Below are positions 1-9,896 of a DNA stretch of 64,000 nt, piece by piece. The notes beneath the pieces were generated by a model that saw only the letters and a list, made by a program, of their open reading frames with translations, did no database searches and had not been told where the DNA came from. Source of the DNA: an uncultured Gammaproteobacteria bacterium. GTDB taxonomy: Bacteria; Patescibacteriota; Patescibacteriia; UBA9934. The translations under genes and the position numbers were made by a program. Each line of letters begins with the position of its first letter. Position 1 is the stretch's first letter. The stretch covers positions 317,315 to 381,314 of the forward strand of contig CAYFMS010000001.1 in assembly GCA_964344415.1 (NCBI GenBank), in the 5' to 3' direction.

Positions 1-1
1 C

Positions 2-793
2 GATCTAAAGTCTTACAATTTTTACGACATTCCGTCCGATACTTCGACCCCGGAACCTAAGAAACCTATTCCTTGGCGTCTTATTCTTTGGGTATCAGTT
101 GGGGTTCTTGCGGTTTTCGTTGTGACGATTCTGCTTATGAATGCCATTCGAAATGCAAAGCCGGTTGCATCAGACATGGATCGAGCCATGTCGCGCATTG
201 AATCATGTAATGGTGATGAGGACTGCGAAGCAAATACAATTAGCATGCTGATTTCTGGCGGAGGTGATGCAGCACTTTGTCATCTACTCGAGGATGAAGA
301 TTTTTCTGATTGCATAACACTCCGCGCGATAGAGCAGCATGATCCAGACATTTGTCTCGATATTCCAAAGTCAGACAGGGTATCGTGTTTGGACGAAGCT
401 TATGCGGATGCAGCACATGAATTTATTGATATAGCTGTATGTGAGCAAATTACCGATGATGATGCACAGTCGAATTGTGGTACTTCCGTTGCTCGTTTGA
501 TTGCCCAAACGGGTAATTGTTCTTTGGCTGGCATGTGGGGATCTGATTGCGATGATGCATTGTCGCTTTCTTCAATTCCGTTTACACGTGATCCTGCAAT
601 TTGCGACGCATTTTTTGGTCAGCTTTTTGATGAATGCGAAGATCTTCTTGGCAGTTTAGATTCTGATGGTGATGGATTACTTCTTGGTGAAGAACTCGAA
701 CTTGGTACAAGCGATCAAAGTGCTGATACGGATGGAGATGGCTATGATGATTTAACAGAAGTGAATGCAGGCTTTGATCCGCTGGGCACATAA
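2..793 (+). CDS. Membrane-anchored Cys-rich surface protein with C-terminal calcium-binding DxDxDG (thrombospondin-type-3-like) repeats. The frame is open from the window edge, so it is probably 5'-partial; the alternative start is GTG at 122.
   Basis: Frame open from nt 2. TM helix ILWVSVGVLAVFVVTILLM. C-terminus DSDGDGLLLGEE...DTDGDGYDDLTEVNAGFDPLG. Paralog of the next two genes. Confidence 0.5.
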   Translation, partial: DLKSYNFYDIPSDTSTPEPKKPIPWRLILWVSVGVLAVFVVTILLMNAIRNAKPVASDMDRAMSRIESCNGDEDCEANTISMLISGGGDAALCHLLEDEDFSDCITLRAIEQHDPDICLDIPKSDRVSCLDEAYADAAHEFIDIAVCEQITDDDAQSNCGTSVARLIAQTGNCSLAGMWGSDCDDALSLSSIPFTRDPAICDAFFGQLFDECEDLLGSLDSDGDGLLLGEELELGTSDQSADTDGDGYDDLTEVNAGFDPLGT

Positions 794-823
794 TTTATAC
801 TATTAAAGACTTACAATATTTTT

Positions 824-1585
824 ATGTTTGATGATCAAAAAAAGAAACAACAAGAAAATGAGGTAGAGGACATCTTCGAAGGGCTTCATGATGCCCCAGA
901 TAATTTACCTGTTGCGCCAACCGCTGATGCACCTGCGGCGGCAGCGCCAGCAAAACAAGAGAATGATGCACCGAGTATGCCTTCGCCGAGTTTGCCAAAG
1001 CCTGAACCGGCAATGCCAAAAGCTGAAATGCCTGATTTGGATCCGGCGCCAGCTCCAGAACCTGAGAAAAAGATTGAATCCTCACCAAAACCTGCTGCGG
1101 TTCCTTCAATGCAAATGCCAAAGCATGAGCTTGGGAAGCCAGCACGAAAAAGTGGGGGAGGGAAAACGGCAATTATTATCATTATTTCCATTCTTGTCAT
1201 TGCTGTTGGAATTTACATTGCTTATCAGCTTGTACTACAAAAGCCTCTGGAGCAGGGTGGTGCACTTGATGCATTAAGGCAGGACGAAGTTGAGACTGTA
1301 GACGATGACGAAGAAGTGGAAGTATTGGATGAAGTGCAGGACATGACCGATACGGATAGCGACGGTTTAACCGATGTAGAAGAAGCTGAATATGGGTCAG
1401 ATCCAAATCTTGCTGATACGGACGCGGATGGACTTTTTGATCGTGAGGAGATTCGCGTATATGGAACTGATCCATTGAATCAAGATACGGATGGAGATGG
1501 ATTCCTTGATGGAGAAGAGGTGGCAAATGGATATTCTCCGAATGGTGAGGGGCGACTCTTTGTACCTCCGACATTAGAAAAATAG
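824..1585 (+). CDS. Pro/Ala-rich membrane-anchored protein with DxDxDG calcium-binding repeats (paralog 2)
   Basis: ATG with upstream AT-rich region. [23 protein letters not shown]. Repeats [34 protein letters not shown]...[12 protein letters not shown]. Confidence 0.65.
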   Translation: MFDDQKKKQQENEVEDIFEGLHDAPDNLPVAPTADAPAAAAPAKQENDAPSMPSPSLPKPEPAMPKAEMPDLDPAPAPEPEKKIESSPKPAAVPSMQMPKHELGKPARKSGGGKTAIIIIISILVIAVGIYIAYQLVLQKPLEQGGALDALRQDEVETVDDDEEVEVLDEVQDMTDTDSDGLTDVEEAEYGSDPNLADTDADGLFDREEIRVYGTDPLNQDTDGDGFLDGEEVANGYSPNGEGRLFVPPTLEK

Positions 1586-2539
1586 TTGATACTCGTGAAA
1601 AAAAGTCGTGAACAACAGAAGAAAAAATCTATCGATGACAAAAAAGGTCTCGAAGGTTTTGATTTTGTTGTCATGCCTAAGGTTTTTGAAGGAAAGGCAT
1701 TTGAGGAGAGAAAAAAGAAGCCTGAGAAGGTGAAGGAAGTAAAACCAAAGCCAAAGCCTGAACCCAAACCAAAGCCATTGCCTGTAGCCAAGATTCAGAA
1801 GCCGAAGAGAAAGATGGGTGGATTCATGATGGCTATTTTTGCAGCCTTTGCTTTATTAATCGTGGGGGCAATTGTCATTGTTCTTACATTACCTGATGCC
1901 GAGGAAGAAATTGCTCAAGAGATAAATGAGCCAGAAATAAGCCCTGAACCAATCGAGCCTGAAATTATTATTCCGGGACCAGGTGAAGACACGGACAGTG
2001 ATGGCCTGACAGATATCGAAGAGCGGCTTTATGGATCGGAATACCGTAATCCTGACAGTGATGCGGACTCATTCCTTGATGGAAATGAGGTATTTCATGG
2101 ATTCGATCCTGTGAATCCGGATCCAGCTCTTTTGTCAGATTCAACTGCCATTGAGCTCTATGAACATGAAGGTGAGGATGGGTTTTCATTTTTACGTCCA
2201 AAGACTTGGCTTATTGAGCGCAGCTCGAGTGAATCTGGTGATTCTATTCGGCTGTCTTCTGGGACGGATGCTACATTTATAATCAATATACTTCCGAATA
2301 CAGATGAACTTGATTTTGAAGCATTTTTCAATCAGGAATTATCTACTGACTATGGGCCTCGAAATAGATTCATAGATTCAATGACAAAGCTTGGACTTAT
2401 TGGTATTGAAACGGCTAATGGACGGCTGGCTATATATGAATTCCAAAACTCAATTCTTGTCTTTGAATATGATTTGGGCTCTGATACATCGATTGAATAC
2501 TTGCAAACATTCAAGATGCTTATGAATAGTGTGAAGTGA
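1586..2539 (+). CDS. Lys/Pro-rich membrane-anchored protein with DxDxDG calcium-binding repeats (paralog 3). TTG start; GTG at 1595 is an alternative.
   Basis: KPKPEPKPKP low-complexity region, TM FMMAIFAAFALLIVGAIVIV, then [34 protein letters not shown]. Confidence 0.6.
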   Translation: MILVKKSREQQKKKSIDDKKGLEGFDFVVMPKVFEGKAFEERKKKPEKVKEVKPKPKPEPKPKPLPVAKIQKPKRKMGGFMMAIFAAFALLIVGAIVIVLTLPDAEEEIAQEINEPEISPEPIEPEIIIPGPGEDTDSDGLTDIEERLYGSEYRNPDSDADSFLDGNEVFHGFDPVNPDPALLSDSTAIELYEHEGEDGFSFLRPKTWLIERSSSESGDSIRLSSGTDATFIINILPNTDELDFEAFFNQELSTDYGPRNRFIDSMTKLGLIGIETANGRLAIYEFQNSILVFEYDLGSDTSIEYLQTFKMLMNSVK

Positions 2540-2540
2540 T

Positions 2541-2957
2541 ATGATTTCATTTGAAATTGATCAATCCATTATTCCGGAAGCGGATCAGCTGAGTCAGGAA
2601 ATATTACATGCATTTGAGAATGCTTTTTCTGATCGAGACGAAGAAGGGGATATCGCTATTCGATTTATTTCGGATCATGAAACAAAAAATTTAAATCGTC
2701 GATATCGCGAGAAAGATGAAGTAACGGATGTTCTTTCCTTTATGTATAAAGAAGATGGGAAATTTTCTGATCAAATTGGAGATGTCGTCATTTCCTATGA
2801 GCAGGCAAAAAGGCAGGCTCATGGGGATGTGCAAATTGAAATAATTGACTTAATGGTGCATGGTGTTTTGCATGTTCTCGGTTATGATCATGAGAAGTCA
2901 GAAGATGCAAAAATAATGTTTCCCATTCAAGATAAGCTCGTAAATGAAATTATATGA
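2541..2957 (+). CDS. ybeY: rRNA maturation endoribonuclease YbeY
   Basis: HGVLHVLGYDHE metal-binding motif characteristic of the YbeY/UPF0054 family. Length 138 aa. Confidence 0.85.
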   Translation: MISFEIDQSIIPEADQLSQEILHAFENAFSDRDEEGDIAIRFISDHETKNLNRRYREKDEVTDVLSFMYKEDGKFSDQIGDVVISYEQAKRQAHGDVQIEIIDLMVHGVLHVLGYDHEKSEDAKIMFPIQDKLVNEII

Positions 2958-3322
2958 TTCGTCCATCGTCCTTTTTTCAAAGCGTAAAACATGCGCTTCG
3001 CGGTTTGAAACTTGTTACCGTTCGCGAGCAGAATTTCCGTATTGAATTATGCATTGCGCTTATTGTGATTGTCATTGCTACAATATTACCTCTTGATGCT
3101 TGGGAAAAATTACTCCTTATTCTCATGACGGCTGCCGTGCTTGTTCTTGAAATCCTTAATACTATTTTTGAACGTATTTCAGATATCTTAAAACCACGTC
3201 TGCACCCCATTGTTAAAGAAATAAAAGACATGATGGCTGCGGCTGTTCTTTTGACAGCTATGACGGCGGTTATTGTAGCTGTTATTATTTTCTGGACATT
3301 CTTTCAAGAGAACCTCTCCTGA
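2954..3322 (+). CDS. dgkA: Diacylglycerol/undecaprenol kinase family membrane protein
   Basis: Three TM segments and the EILNTIFERISD motif typical of DgkA. ATGA overlap with ybeY. Confidence 0.7.
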   Translation: MIRPSSFFQSVKHALRGLKLVTVREQNFRIELCIALIVIVIATILPLDAWEKLLLILMTAAVLVLEILNTIFERISDILKPRLHPIVKEIKDMMAAAVLLTAMTAVIVAVIIFWTFFQENLS

Positions 3323-3341
3323 GTTATAATAGATCACATAT

Positions 3342-4589
3342 ATGGCGGATGAATTTATCACAGGTCTTGATATAGGGTCTTCTTCTATCCGTATTGTGGT
3401 TGGGCAAGAAGTTCCAAATGAGGATGGGAAAACAAATTTGCATATTATTGGAGCTATTGAAGTTCCATCCGAAGGAATGCATAAGGGGAGTGTTTCAAGT
3501 ATGGAAGATGCTGTTTCTTCTATTTCGAAGGCACTTGAGCGAGCCGAGCGCATGACGGGCCATGCAATTAATAATGCATGGGTTTCAATAGCTGGTCATC
3601 AAATTCTTGTTCAGGAAAGTAAAGGGGTGATTGGTGTTGCGCGTCCTGATGGTGAAATTCAAGTGGAAGATGTCGAAAGGTCCATTGAAGCAGCAAGAAC
3701 AGTTGCGACGCCTTCGAATTATGAAATTCTACATGTATTGCCAAAGAGTTTTACCGTTGATGGTCAGCGCGGGATTAAGGACCCGGTTGGCATGAATGGA
3801 ATACGTCTTGAGGTTGATGCTGTGATTATCCAATCCATTTCTTCGCAGATTAAAAATTTGACCAAGAGTATTTATCGTACAGGGCTTGATATTGATGATC
3901 TGGTTTTTGCGCCACTTGCAACGGCAGAATCGGTTTTGACACAAAGACAGAAAGAGCTTGGCGTCTGTGTTGTGGATATCGGTGCGACGAGTACATCTAT
4001 TGTTGTTTTTGAAGAAGGGGATATTTTACACACGGCAATTTTACCTGTCGGCGGAGATCATATTACAAATGATATTGCGATTGCACTTAGAACCTCTCTC
4101 GATGTAGCAGAAAGGGTTAAGCATGAAATAGGCTATGCTATTGCCGACGATGTTCCAAAGAAGGAAGCAGCATCTCTTGCTGAGTTTGGGTCGGCTGAAC
4201 AAGATGAATTTAAAAAGAGATTTGTTGCCGAGGTTATTCAAGCTCGTACGGAAGAGATATTCGAGGCTGTAGATGATGAACTGCGAAAAATTGACCGATC
4301 AGGGATGCTTCCTGTCGGCGTTATCCTTACGGGTGGTTCAATGAAATTGCCGGGAATGTCCGATATAGCAAAGAAGGTTTTACGTCTGCCGGCAAGCATA
4401 GGCGTTCCAACTGGTGTTAGCAGTGTTGTTGACGAGGTGCATGATGTTGGCTTTGCTTGTGCGATCGGTCTTGCGCTTTGGGGGCATTCCATACGGTCAT
4501 CTGTGAAACGACGCTTCAATTTCAATTTTGATAATTTTGGTGATATCACCGAAAAAGCAATGAAATTATTCAAGAAGCTCATCCCTTAG
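3342..4589 (+). CDS. ftsA: Cell division protein FtsA
   Basis: Actin-fold ATPase N-terminus ITGLDIGSSSIRIVVG. Sits immediately upstream of ftsZ. Confidence 0.9.
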   Translation: MADEFITGLDIGSSSIRIVVGQEVPNEDGKTNLHIIGAIEVPSEGMHKGSVSSMEDAVSSISKALERAERMTGHAINNAWVSIAGHQILVQESKGVIGVARPDGEIQVEDVERSIEAARTVATPSNYEILHVLPKSFTVDGQRGIKDPVGMNGIRLEVDAVIIQSISSQIKNLTKSIYRTGLDIDDLVFAPLATAESVLTQRQKELGVCVVDIGATSTSIVVFEEGDILHTAILPVGGDHITNDIAIALRTSLDVAERVKHEIGYAIADDVPKKEAASLAEFGSAEQDEFKKRFVAEVIQARTEEIFEAVDDELRKIDRSGMLPVGVILTGGSMKLPGMSDIAKKVLRLPASIGVPTGVSSVVDEVHDVGFACAIGLALWGHSIRSSVKRRFNFNFDNFGDITEKAMKLFKKLIP

Positions 4590-4740
4590 AGTAAACAAAA
4601 TGGTTTAAAATACAGCTCGGCTTATCCACGCCGTGCTTTTTATTATCCACAGCCCTGTGATAAGGTTTGAATACAAAAGTTGTCTATGCATTTAGGCATT
4701 GAACACTTATTGAGAACAGTTAAGTAATTCATGTATCCAT

Positions 4741-5982
4741 ATGGCAGAAGTAAAGCCGGAAATTGAAACATTTGCCAAGATAAAAGTTCTTGGTGTTGGA
4801 GGTGGGGGAGGATCAGCCATTACGCGCATGATTCAAGAGAATTTGCGTGGCGTTGATTTTGTTGCGGTGAACACCGATGTTCAGGCATTGCAACAGAATC
4901 CGGCTGGCGAGAAAATCTCGATCGGAAAAACCATAACTCGCGGTCTTGGAGCTGGGATGAATCCTGACCTTGGTCGTCGCAGTGCAGAAGAGAATGCAAA
5001 TGATGTTCGGAATGTTATTGGTGGTTCGGATATGGTGTTCTTAACAGGTGGACTAGGTGGTGGAACAGGTAGTGGAGCACTTCCTGAAATTGCTAAAATT
5101 GCAAGAGAGGCGGGCGCACTTACGGTTGCTGTTGTAACGAAGCCATTCAGTTTTGAAGGAGCGCAGCGTAAACGAATTGCTGAAGATGCATATGCTGATC
5201 TCGCAGAGCATGTCGATACAATAATCACTATTCCAAATGATAGGGTATTACAAATCATCGACAAGAAAACATCTCTCATGGAAGCTTTTCAAATTGTTGA
5301 TGATGTTTTGAGACAGGGCGTTCAAGGGATTTCAGAAATTATTACTCTTCCTGGACTCATTAATGTCGACTTTGCCGATGTAAAGGCGATTATGGAAAAT
5401 GCTGGATCGGCACTTATGGGTATTGGTTCCGCTTCCGGCGAGAATCGAGCAGTTGAAGCAGCGAAGCTTGCTATTGCTAGTCCACTTCTTGAATTATCGA
5501 TTGATGGAGCGAAAGGAATTTTGTTCACGGTAACGGGAAGTTCGGATCTTGCGATGTATGAGGTAGCTGAAGCAGCAAAGATTATTACAGGGTCCGCAGA
5601 CGATGATGCAAAAGTAATTTTCGGAGCCCATGTTGACGAGAATATGGAAGATGAAGTTCGAATTACGGTTGTTGCGACTGGATTTAATGGGCGTGAACGT
5701 CGTAAAGCGCCGACACTTGCTGGTGATGTAGAAGTTGCTCCTCAATCGAGCTGGAAACCAAATCCACCACTTGAAACAATGGGTCAGCCAAAAACTACAG
5801 CAATGGAAAATCAACCGGCATCTAATCCATTCGAGAAGCGACGTATTGCTACGAATGAGCCAAGTTTTGACCGGGCACCTATGCAGAGTCAGCCTCCAGT
5901 TCGCAATCCTGAGCCTACCAAGAAAGAAGAAGATGAAGATGATCTTGGGATTCCAGCATTTATTCGAAGAAAGATGATGTAG
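4741..5982 (+). CDS. ftsZ: Cell division GTPase FtsZ
   Basis: Tubulin signature GGGTGSG (GGLGGGTGSGALP) and VLGVGGGGGSAITRM, plus a C-terminal tail. Confidence 0.95.
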   Translation: MAEVKPEIETFAKIKVLGVGGGGGSAITRMIQENLRGVDFVAVNTDVQALQQNPAGEKISIGKTITRGLGAGMNPDLGRRSAEENANDVRNVIGGSDMVFLTGGLGGGTGSGALPEIAKIAREAGALTVAVVTKPFSFEGAQRKRIAEDAYADLAEHVDTIITIPNDRVLQIIDKKTSLMEAFQIVDDVLRQGVQGISEIITLPGLINVDFADVKAIMENAGSALMGIGSASGENRAVEAAKLAIASPLLELSIDGAKGILFTVTGSSDLAMYEVAEAAKIITGSADDDAKVIFGAHVDENMEDEVRITVVATGFNGRERRKAPTLAGDVEVAPQSSWKPNPPLETMGQPKTTAMENQPASNPFEKRRIATNEPSFDRAPMQSQPPVRNPEPTKKEEDEDDLGIPAFIRRKMM

Positions 5983-6013
5983 TGAACACAAATTGTGTTC
6001 ATCGAGAGTGAAT

Positions 6014-6481
6014 ATGCAATGTCCCGTATGTGCATACAAATCAACGCGCGTCGTTGACTCTCGAATTGCTCCCGATGGCATGTCAGTACGAAGAAGGAGG
6101 GAGTGCGAGAAAAAGCGGTGCAGATATCGATTTTCAACATCTGAGACTGTTGAGATGCTTGATATTAAAGTGGTGAAACGGGATGGTCGCAGGGAGCCAT
6201 ATATTCGCCAAAAGATTCTTTCTGGACTTTTACATTCACTTCAAAAGCGCTCATACACTGAAAAGCAATTGCAGAAGATGATTCAGGGGATTGAGCGCGA
6301 TATACAAAAAACTCGATTGCCAGAAATAGCTAGTGGACAGATTGGTGAATTGGTAGCGAAGCATTTACGAAAATTCGACAAGGTAGCGTATATACGTTTT
6401 GCCTCTGTTTATTATTCTTTCGAAGATATTGATACATTCGAAAAAGAGCTTGCCAAACTGTCTGAGAAAAAGAAGCGGTAG
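6014..6481 (+). CDS. nrdR: Transcriptional repressor NrdR. The ORF track begins at 5993; the start is moved to the conserved MQCPVC.
   Basis: N-terminal zinc ribbon MQCPVCAYKSTRVVDSR...C..C followed by an ATP-cone. Confidence 0.85.
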   Translation: MQCPVCAYKSTRVVDSRIAPDGMSVRRRRECEKKRCRYRFSTSETVEMLDIKVVKRDGRREPYIRQKILSGLLHSLQKRSYTEKQLQKMIQGIERDIQKTRLPEIASGQIGELVAKHLRKFDKVAYIRFASVYYSFEDIDTFEKELAKLSEKKKR

Positions 6482-6760
6482 CTAGGGTGTAGGGTGTAGG
6501 GTGTAGGGTGCCGTTACGGATTTACGGATAATACTGATATACGGATTTATGTGGAGGTAGAAGAGATTCAGGAGATTGAGGAGATTTTAGGAGCTTCGCG
6601 TCATTCCGGCCTCCGAGCCGGAATCCATCGTAATACGAAAGCGATGGATCCCTACCTGCCGGCAGGCAGGCCGGATCTCCGCCTCGCTCCGTCCGGGATG
6701 ACGACAAGTCCTTGTTTATGAATCATAAACGGAATTATCGTCAACTATTTTCTACTTACT
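6481..6760. repeat. Modular intergenic repeat element, copy A (inverted relative to copies B and D)
   Basis: Contains the (gggtgta)x4 heptamer run and gatatacggatt. gaagagattcaggagattgaggagatt is the reverse complement of the aatctcttcaatctcc module at 24350 and 46625. Also has the gtcattccggc hairpin and the module ggatccctacctgccggcaggcagg...gtccgggatgacgacaagtccttgtttatgaatcataaacgg, which is about 85 % identical to 40375-40465. Confidence 0.7.
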
Positions 6761-6783
6761 ACTTACTGCGCTATACTATCAGC

Positions 6784-8190
6784 ATGGTTTCGAAAGCGAG
6801 GACGAAAATTGTAGCCACGATTGGGCCTGCATCTTCTACCGTCACAATGCTAACCCGCATGATAAAAGCGGGGATGGATGTGGCGCGTCTTAATTTTTCC
6901 CATGGCACATATGATGACCATGAAATGCTCATGAAGCACATTCGAAGCGCGGCTCGAAAGACGGGGGAGCGTGTCACTATTTTGCAAGATTTACAGGGAA
7001 CAAAAATCCGTGTTGGGGTTCTTCCTGATGAAGGCATTGAATTAAAAAAGAACCAGGCAATTGAATTTGAATATAGCGAGAATCCATATGATGGTGACAT
7101 TATTCCAGTCACATATACCTTACTGCATCGCGACGTGAAAAAAGGGCATCGTATTTTTCTCGATGATGGACTCATCGAATTACATGTTATATCGATTCGA
7201 GGAAAAAAAGTGAAGGCAAAGGTTATTCTTGGCGGAACTCTCCTTTCAAACAAGGGAATTAATATTCCAGATTCCGTGCTTACATCAAAATCATTCACGA
7301 AAAAAGACCATGAAGATTTGCTTTTTGGAATGAATCATCATGTTGATTGGATTGCACTTTCTTTTGTAACAGATGTGAATGTTGTGACCGAGGTCAGGAA
7401 AATTATCCAGAACCATGCGAAAAAACATAAACTGCCAGAGCCAAAAATCATGGTAAAGATTGAGCGTAGGGAGGCAGTTGAATCATTTCTGAATTTACTT
7501 GAGGTTGTTGATGGTGTTTTGATTGCTAGGGGGGATTTGGGTATTGAAATACCTTTCGAGGAAGTGCCAATTATTCAAAAGGAATTTGTTGAGATTTGCC
7601 GTGCTGCTGGAAAGCCTGTCATTGTTGCAACACATATGCTCGATTCAATGACGAAAGTCAGGCGCGCAACACGCTCCGAGGTTTCGGATGTTGCAAATGC
7701 TGTTTTTGATCATACAGATGCCGTTATGCTTTCAGCAGAAACGGCGACCGGTGATTTTCCATATGCATCTGTTCAAGTCATGGAAACGGTGATTCGGGAA
7801 GCGGAGGCTTCGCGCATGGACGATATTTCTTTTTATCGCATGCATGAAATTCATTCGCCGGAACTTGCTATTGCACAATCTGTTCATGTCATGGCTGAGA
7901 ATGGACAAATCGACGCCATCGTTACATCGGCGAATTATGGAACAGCGCCACAAAAAATCAATGTATTCAGACCAAATGTGCCTATTTTTATGGCTTGCAA
8001 AGATGAATCGCAGGCGAGGCAGGTTATGATGAAGTCGGGTGTACAGAGTTTCGTACTCGATGACGCACCAGGGAGCTTTGTTCACCGGTCTATGAGCGCT
8101 CTTCGTAGAAAGAAATTAATACAAGCGAAACAAAAAATCGCCTTCGTGATCCGGGGACCAAAAGGCGATCTTCACTTGTCTATTCATTAG
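6784..8190 (+). CDS. pyk: Pyruvate kinase. The start is chosen at MVSKARTKIVATIGP; the ORF track begins at 6712, inside the repeat element.
   Basis: KIVATIGPAS, the MVKIERREAVE motif and overall PK architecture. Confidence 0.9.
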   Translation: MVSKARTKIVATIGPASSTVTMLTRMIKAGMDVARLNFSHGTYDDHEMLMKHIRSAARKTGERVTILQDLQGTKIRVGVLPDEGIELKKNQAIEFEYSENPYDGDIIPVTYTLLHRDVKKGHRIFLDDGLIELHVISIRGKKVKAKVILGGTLLSNKGINIPDSVLTSKSFTKKDHEDLLFGMNHHVDWIALSFVTDVNVVTEVRKIIQNHAKKHKLPEPKIMVKIERREAVESFLNLLEVVDGVLIARGDLGIEIPFEEVPIIQKEFVEICRAAGKPVIVATHMLDSMTKVRRATRSEVSDVANAVFDHTDAVMLSAETATGDFPYASVQVMETVIREAEASRMDDISFYRMHEIHSPELAIAQSVHVMAENGQIDAIVTSANYGTAPQKINVFRPNVPIFMACKDESQARQVMMKSGVQSFVLDDAPGSFVHRSMSALRRKKLIQAKQKIAFVIRGPKGDLHLSIH

Positions 8191-8533
8191 GTCCGAAGAG
8201 TGGAATTGGGAATCGTGATGATTGCTCTTCGACCACATTTTCAACGGTATTTTCAACTTGCTCGCCTAAGAAATTTTGGAATTGTGGTGAGCTGACGACT
8301 CTTTGAAGCACGAATACGAGCGCACCGATAAGGATGACCGACCCGATAAAAATCCCGATGGCTCGAAAAATACCAGAAATAATATCCATACCGGCTTTTT
8401 TAACTGCTCCGGGTGGTTTTAAATATTTACTGCGTTGCTCGATAATTTCGAGGCTTTCACGAATGTCTTGCAATTCGCGTAATATCGCTTTTGTTGTTGA
8501 TGCGCCTTTCGCGCTTCCTCCTACTTGTGGCAT
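8180..8533 (-). CDS. Small membrane protein, hypothetical
   Basis: 117-aa ORF with one TM (GIFIGSVILIGALVFVL). No recognisable family. Confidence 0.4.
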   Translation of the reverse strand: MPQVGGSAKGASTTKAILRELQDIRESLEIIEQRSKYLKPPGAVKKAGMDIISGIFRAIGIFIGSVILIGALVFVLQRVVSSPQFQNFLGEQVENTVENVVEEQSSRFPIPLFGPNE

Positions 8534-8612
8534 ATAAGGACAGTATACATCATGAGAGCATTGACTTGAAGGTATTTTTATGGTATTTCATTGATTGCCT
8601 AAGTGGAGGTAT

Positions 8613-9135
8613 TGTGAACAAACGTGTTCAAATATGCTCAATTACGTGGTGTGACCGAATCGTACATGCAAGGGGGTACTGCTCAACGCATTGCAGGAAA
8701 TGGTATCAAGAGGGTAGGCCGACTGATTGGAATCCTGATCCGCCAAAGGGCCGAAGCATCTGCAGTGTAACGGGCTGTGATTCTTACGTGCACGGTCATG
8801 GATATTGCAGTAAGCACTGGAAGCAGTGGCAGAATCAAAATCGTCCCGAACCCAAAGATTTTCAAGTGTTTCAGCGGCATAGTGGATGTGTGGTGATCGG
8901 TTGCACCGCATCGCATCATGCAAAAGGTTTTTGCAGAATCCATTATAAGAAATGGAAGAGGGGGACGCTTGTGAAGTTGAACGATGCTGATGGCATTTGC
9001 CAGTATCGTGAGAAAGTTGCTTCACGGAAAATCTGTAAATATCCGGGTTGTCAAAAAGAGTGGACCGGGCTCGGCTATTGCTGGGAGCATTTCATACAGT
9101 GGACTCGCGTCGGAGAGCCAGAAATCTGGCCTTAA
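8613..9135 (+). CDS. Protein built from four tandem Cys/His zinc-finger-like repeats (C-x4-C-x6-7-G[YF]C-x2-H-x3-W)
   Basis: GGAGG RBS at 8603 and GTG start at 8613. Repeats are CSITWCDRIVHARGYCSTHCRKW, CSVTGCDSYVHGHGYCSKHWKQW, CVVIGCTASHHAKGFCRIHYKKW and CKYPGCQKEWTGLGYCWEHFIQW. Confidence 0.6.
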
Positions 9136-9136
9136 T

Positions 9137-9895
9137 CTATCGCCGTATGGGCGATTTTTTTCTTGCCAAAGCTCGTTGTTTTTTAAGAGGCTCTTTTTCC
9201 GTCTTGCTCCACTTCTCTGTCGATGAACTGAAAGCGATACTGCTCAAGTCTAGAATATGCATTTTTATGAAATCCTTTGTTTTCTCAGGATAAACATTTC
9301 CGCATTCTCGAAGTGTCCAGCCAACAGCTTTTTGAACATAGGGATTGTCATCATGAAGCCGTGCCTTTATAAGCGGCAGGATTTTCATTACGGACAATAT
9401 CGTTTTTCTGCTATTTGAATAATACAGAAGGCTTGTCAGGGACAGGCGACGCTTCCACGGATTCCTATCCTGATTCCATAATGTAAAAACGGGGTATATT
9501 TCTTTTGGATATGCTTCGAGTAATGTCGCATATATTGAACTTAGCCAATCGCTATGCGCCCAATTATCAATTTTACCGGCCCATGATTTTAGAATACGCC
9601 AGTCGGCAAGGTTCAGGTCTTCTTTTTCAGAAAAAAACCAAAGAGGAATATGTAAAGCTTCAAAATTATTTGAAAACTTCCAAAGGTTAGCCATGATTCT
9701 TCGTAATTCACTTTGTGTGTAATTCCGCTCTAAATCTGTCAAAATTTCACGTGCAATTTTGCGAATGGACGGGATATTGCATCCGAGAATATCAAAAGAT
9801 GTATTCATATATCCAACGCTAAATTCAGCCCGCTTTTTGTCTGAAAACGGTTTCAATCTTTTTAAGATCTTCGTATGCAGATCTTGCGCCTGCAT
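9137..9895 (-). CDS. DNA alkylation repair enzyme (AlkC/AlkD-like HEAT-repeat glycosylase family)
   Basis: HEAT-like repeats and the WNQDRNPWKRRLSLTSL...DDNPYVQKAVGWTLRE motifs typical of the DNA_alkylation family. Confidence 0.7.
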   Translation of the reverse strand: MQAQDLHTKILKRLKPFSDKKRAEFSVGYMNTSFDILGCNIPSIRKIAREILTDLERNYTQSELRRIMANLWKFSNNFEALHIPLWFFSEKEDLNLADWRILKSWAGKIDNWAHSDWLSSIYATLLEAYPKEIYPVFTLWNQDRNPWKRRLSLTSLLYYSNSRKTILSVMKILPLIKARLHDDNPYVQKAVGWTLRECGNVYPEKTKDFIKMHILDLSSIAFSSSTEKWSKTEKEPLKKQRALARKKSPIRR

Positions 9896-9896
9896 A

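Noticed and set aside
5494-6081. 195-aa minus-strand ORF overlapping the ftsZ 3' end and nrdR start
   Set aside because: It is antisense to two well-supported genes and has no motifs.
6712-6783. Upstream extension of pyk, and the 61-aa ORF 6522..6707 (minus)
   Set aside because: Both lie within the repeat element. pyk homology begins at MVSKARTKIVATIGP.
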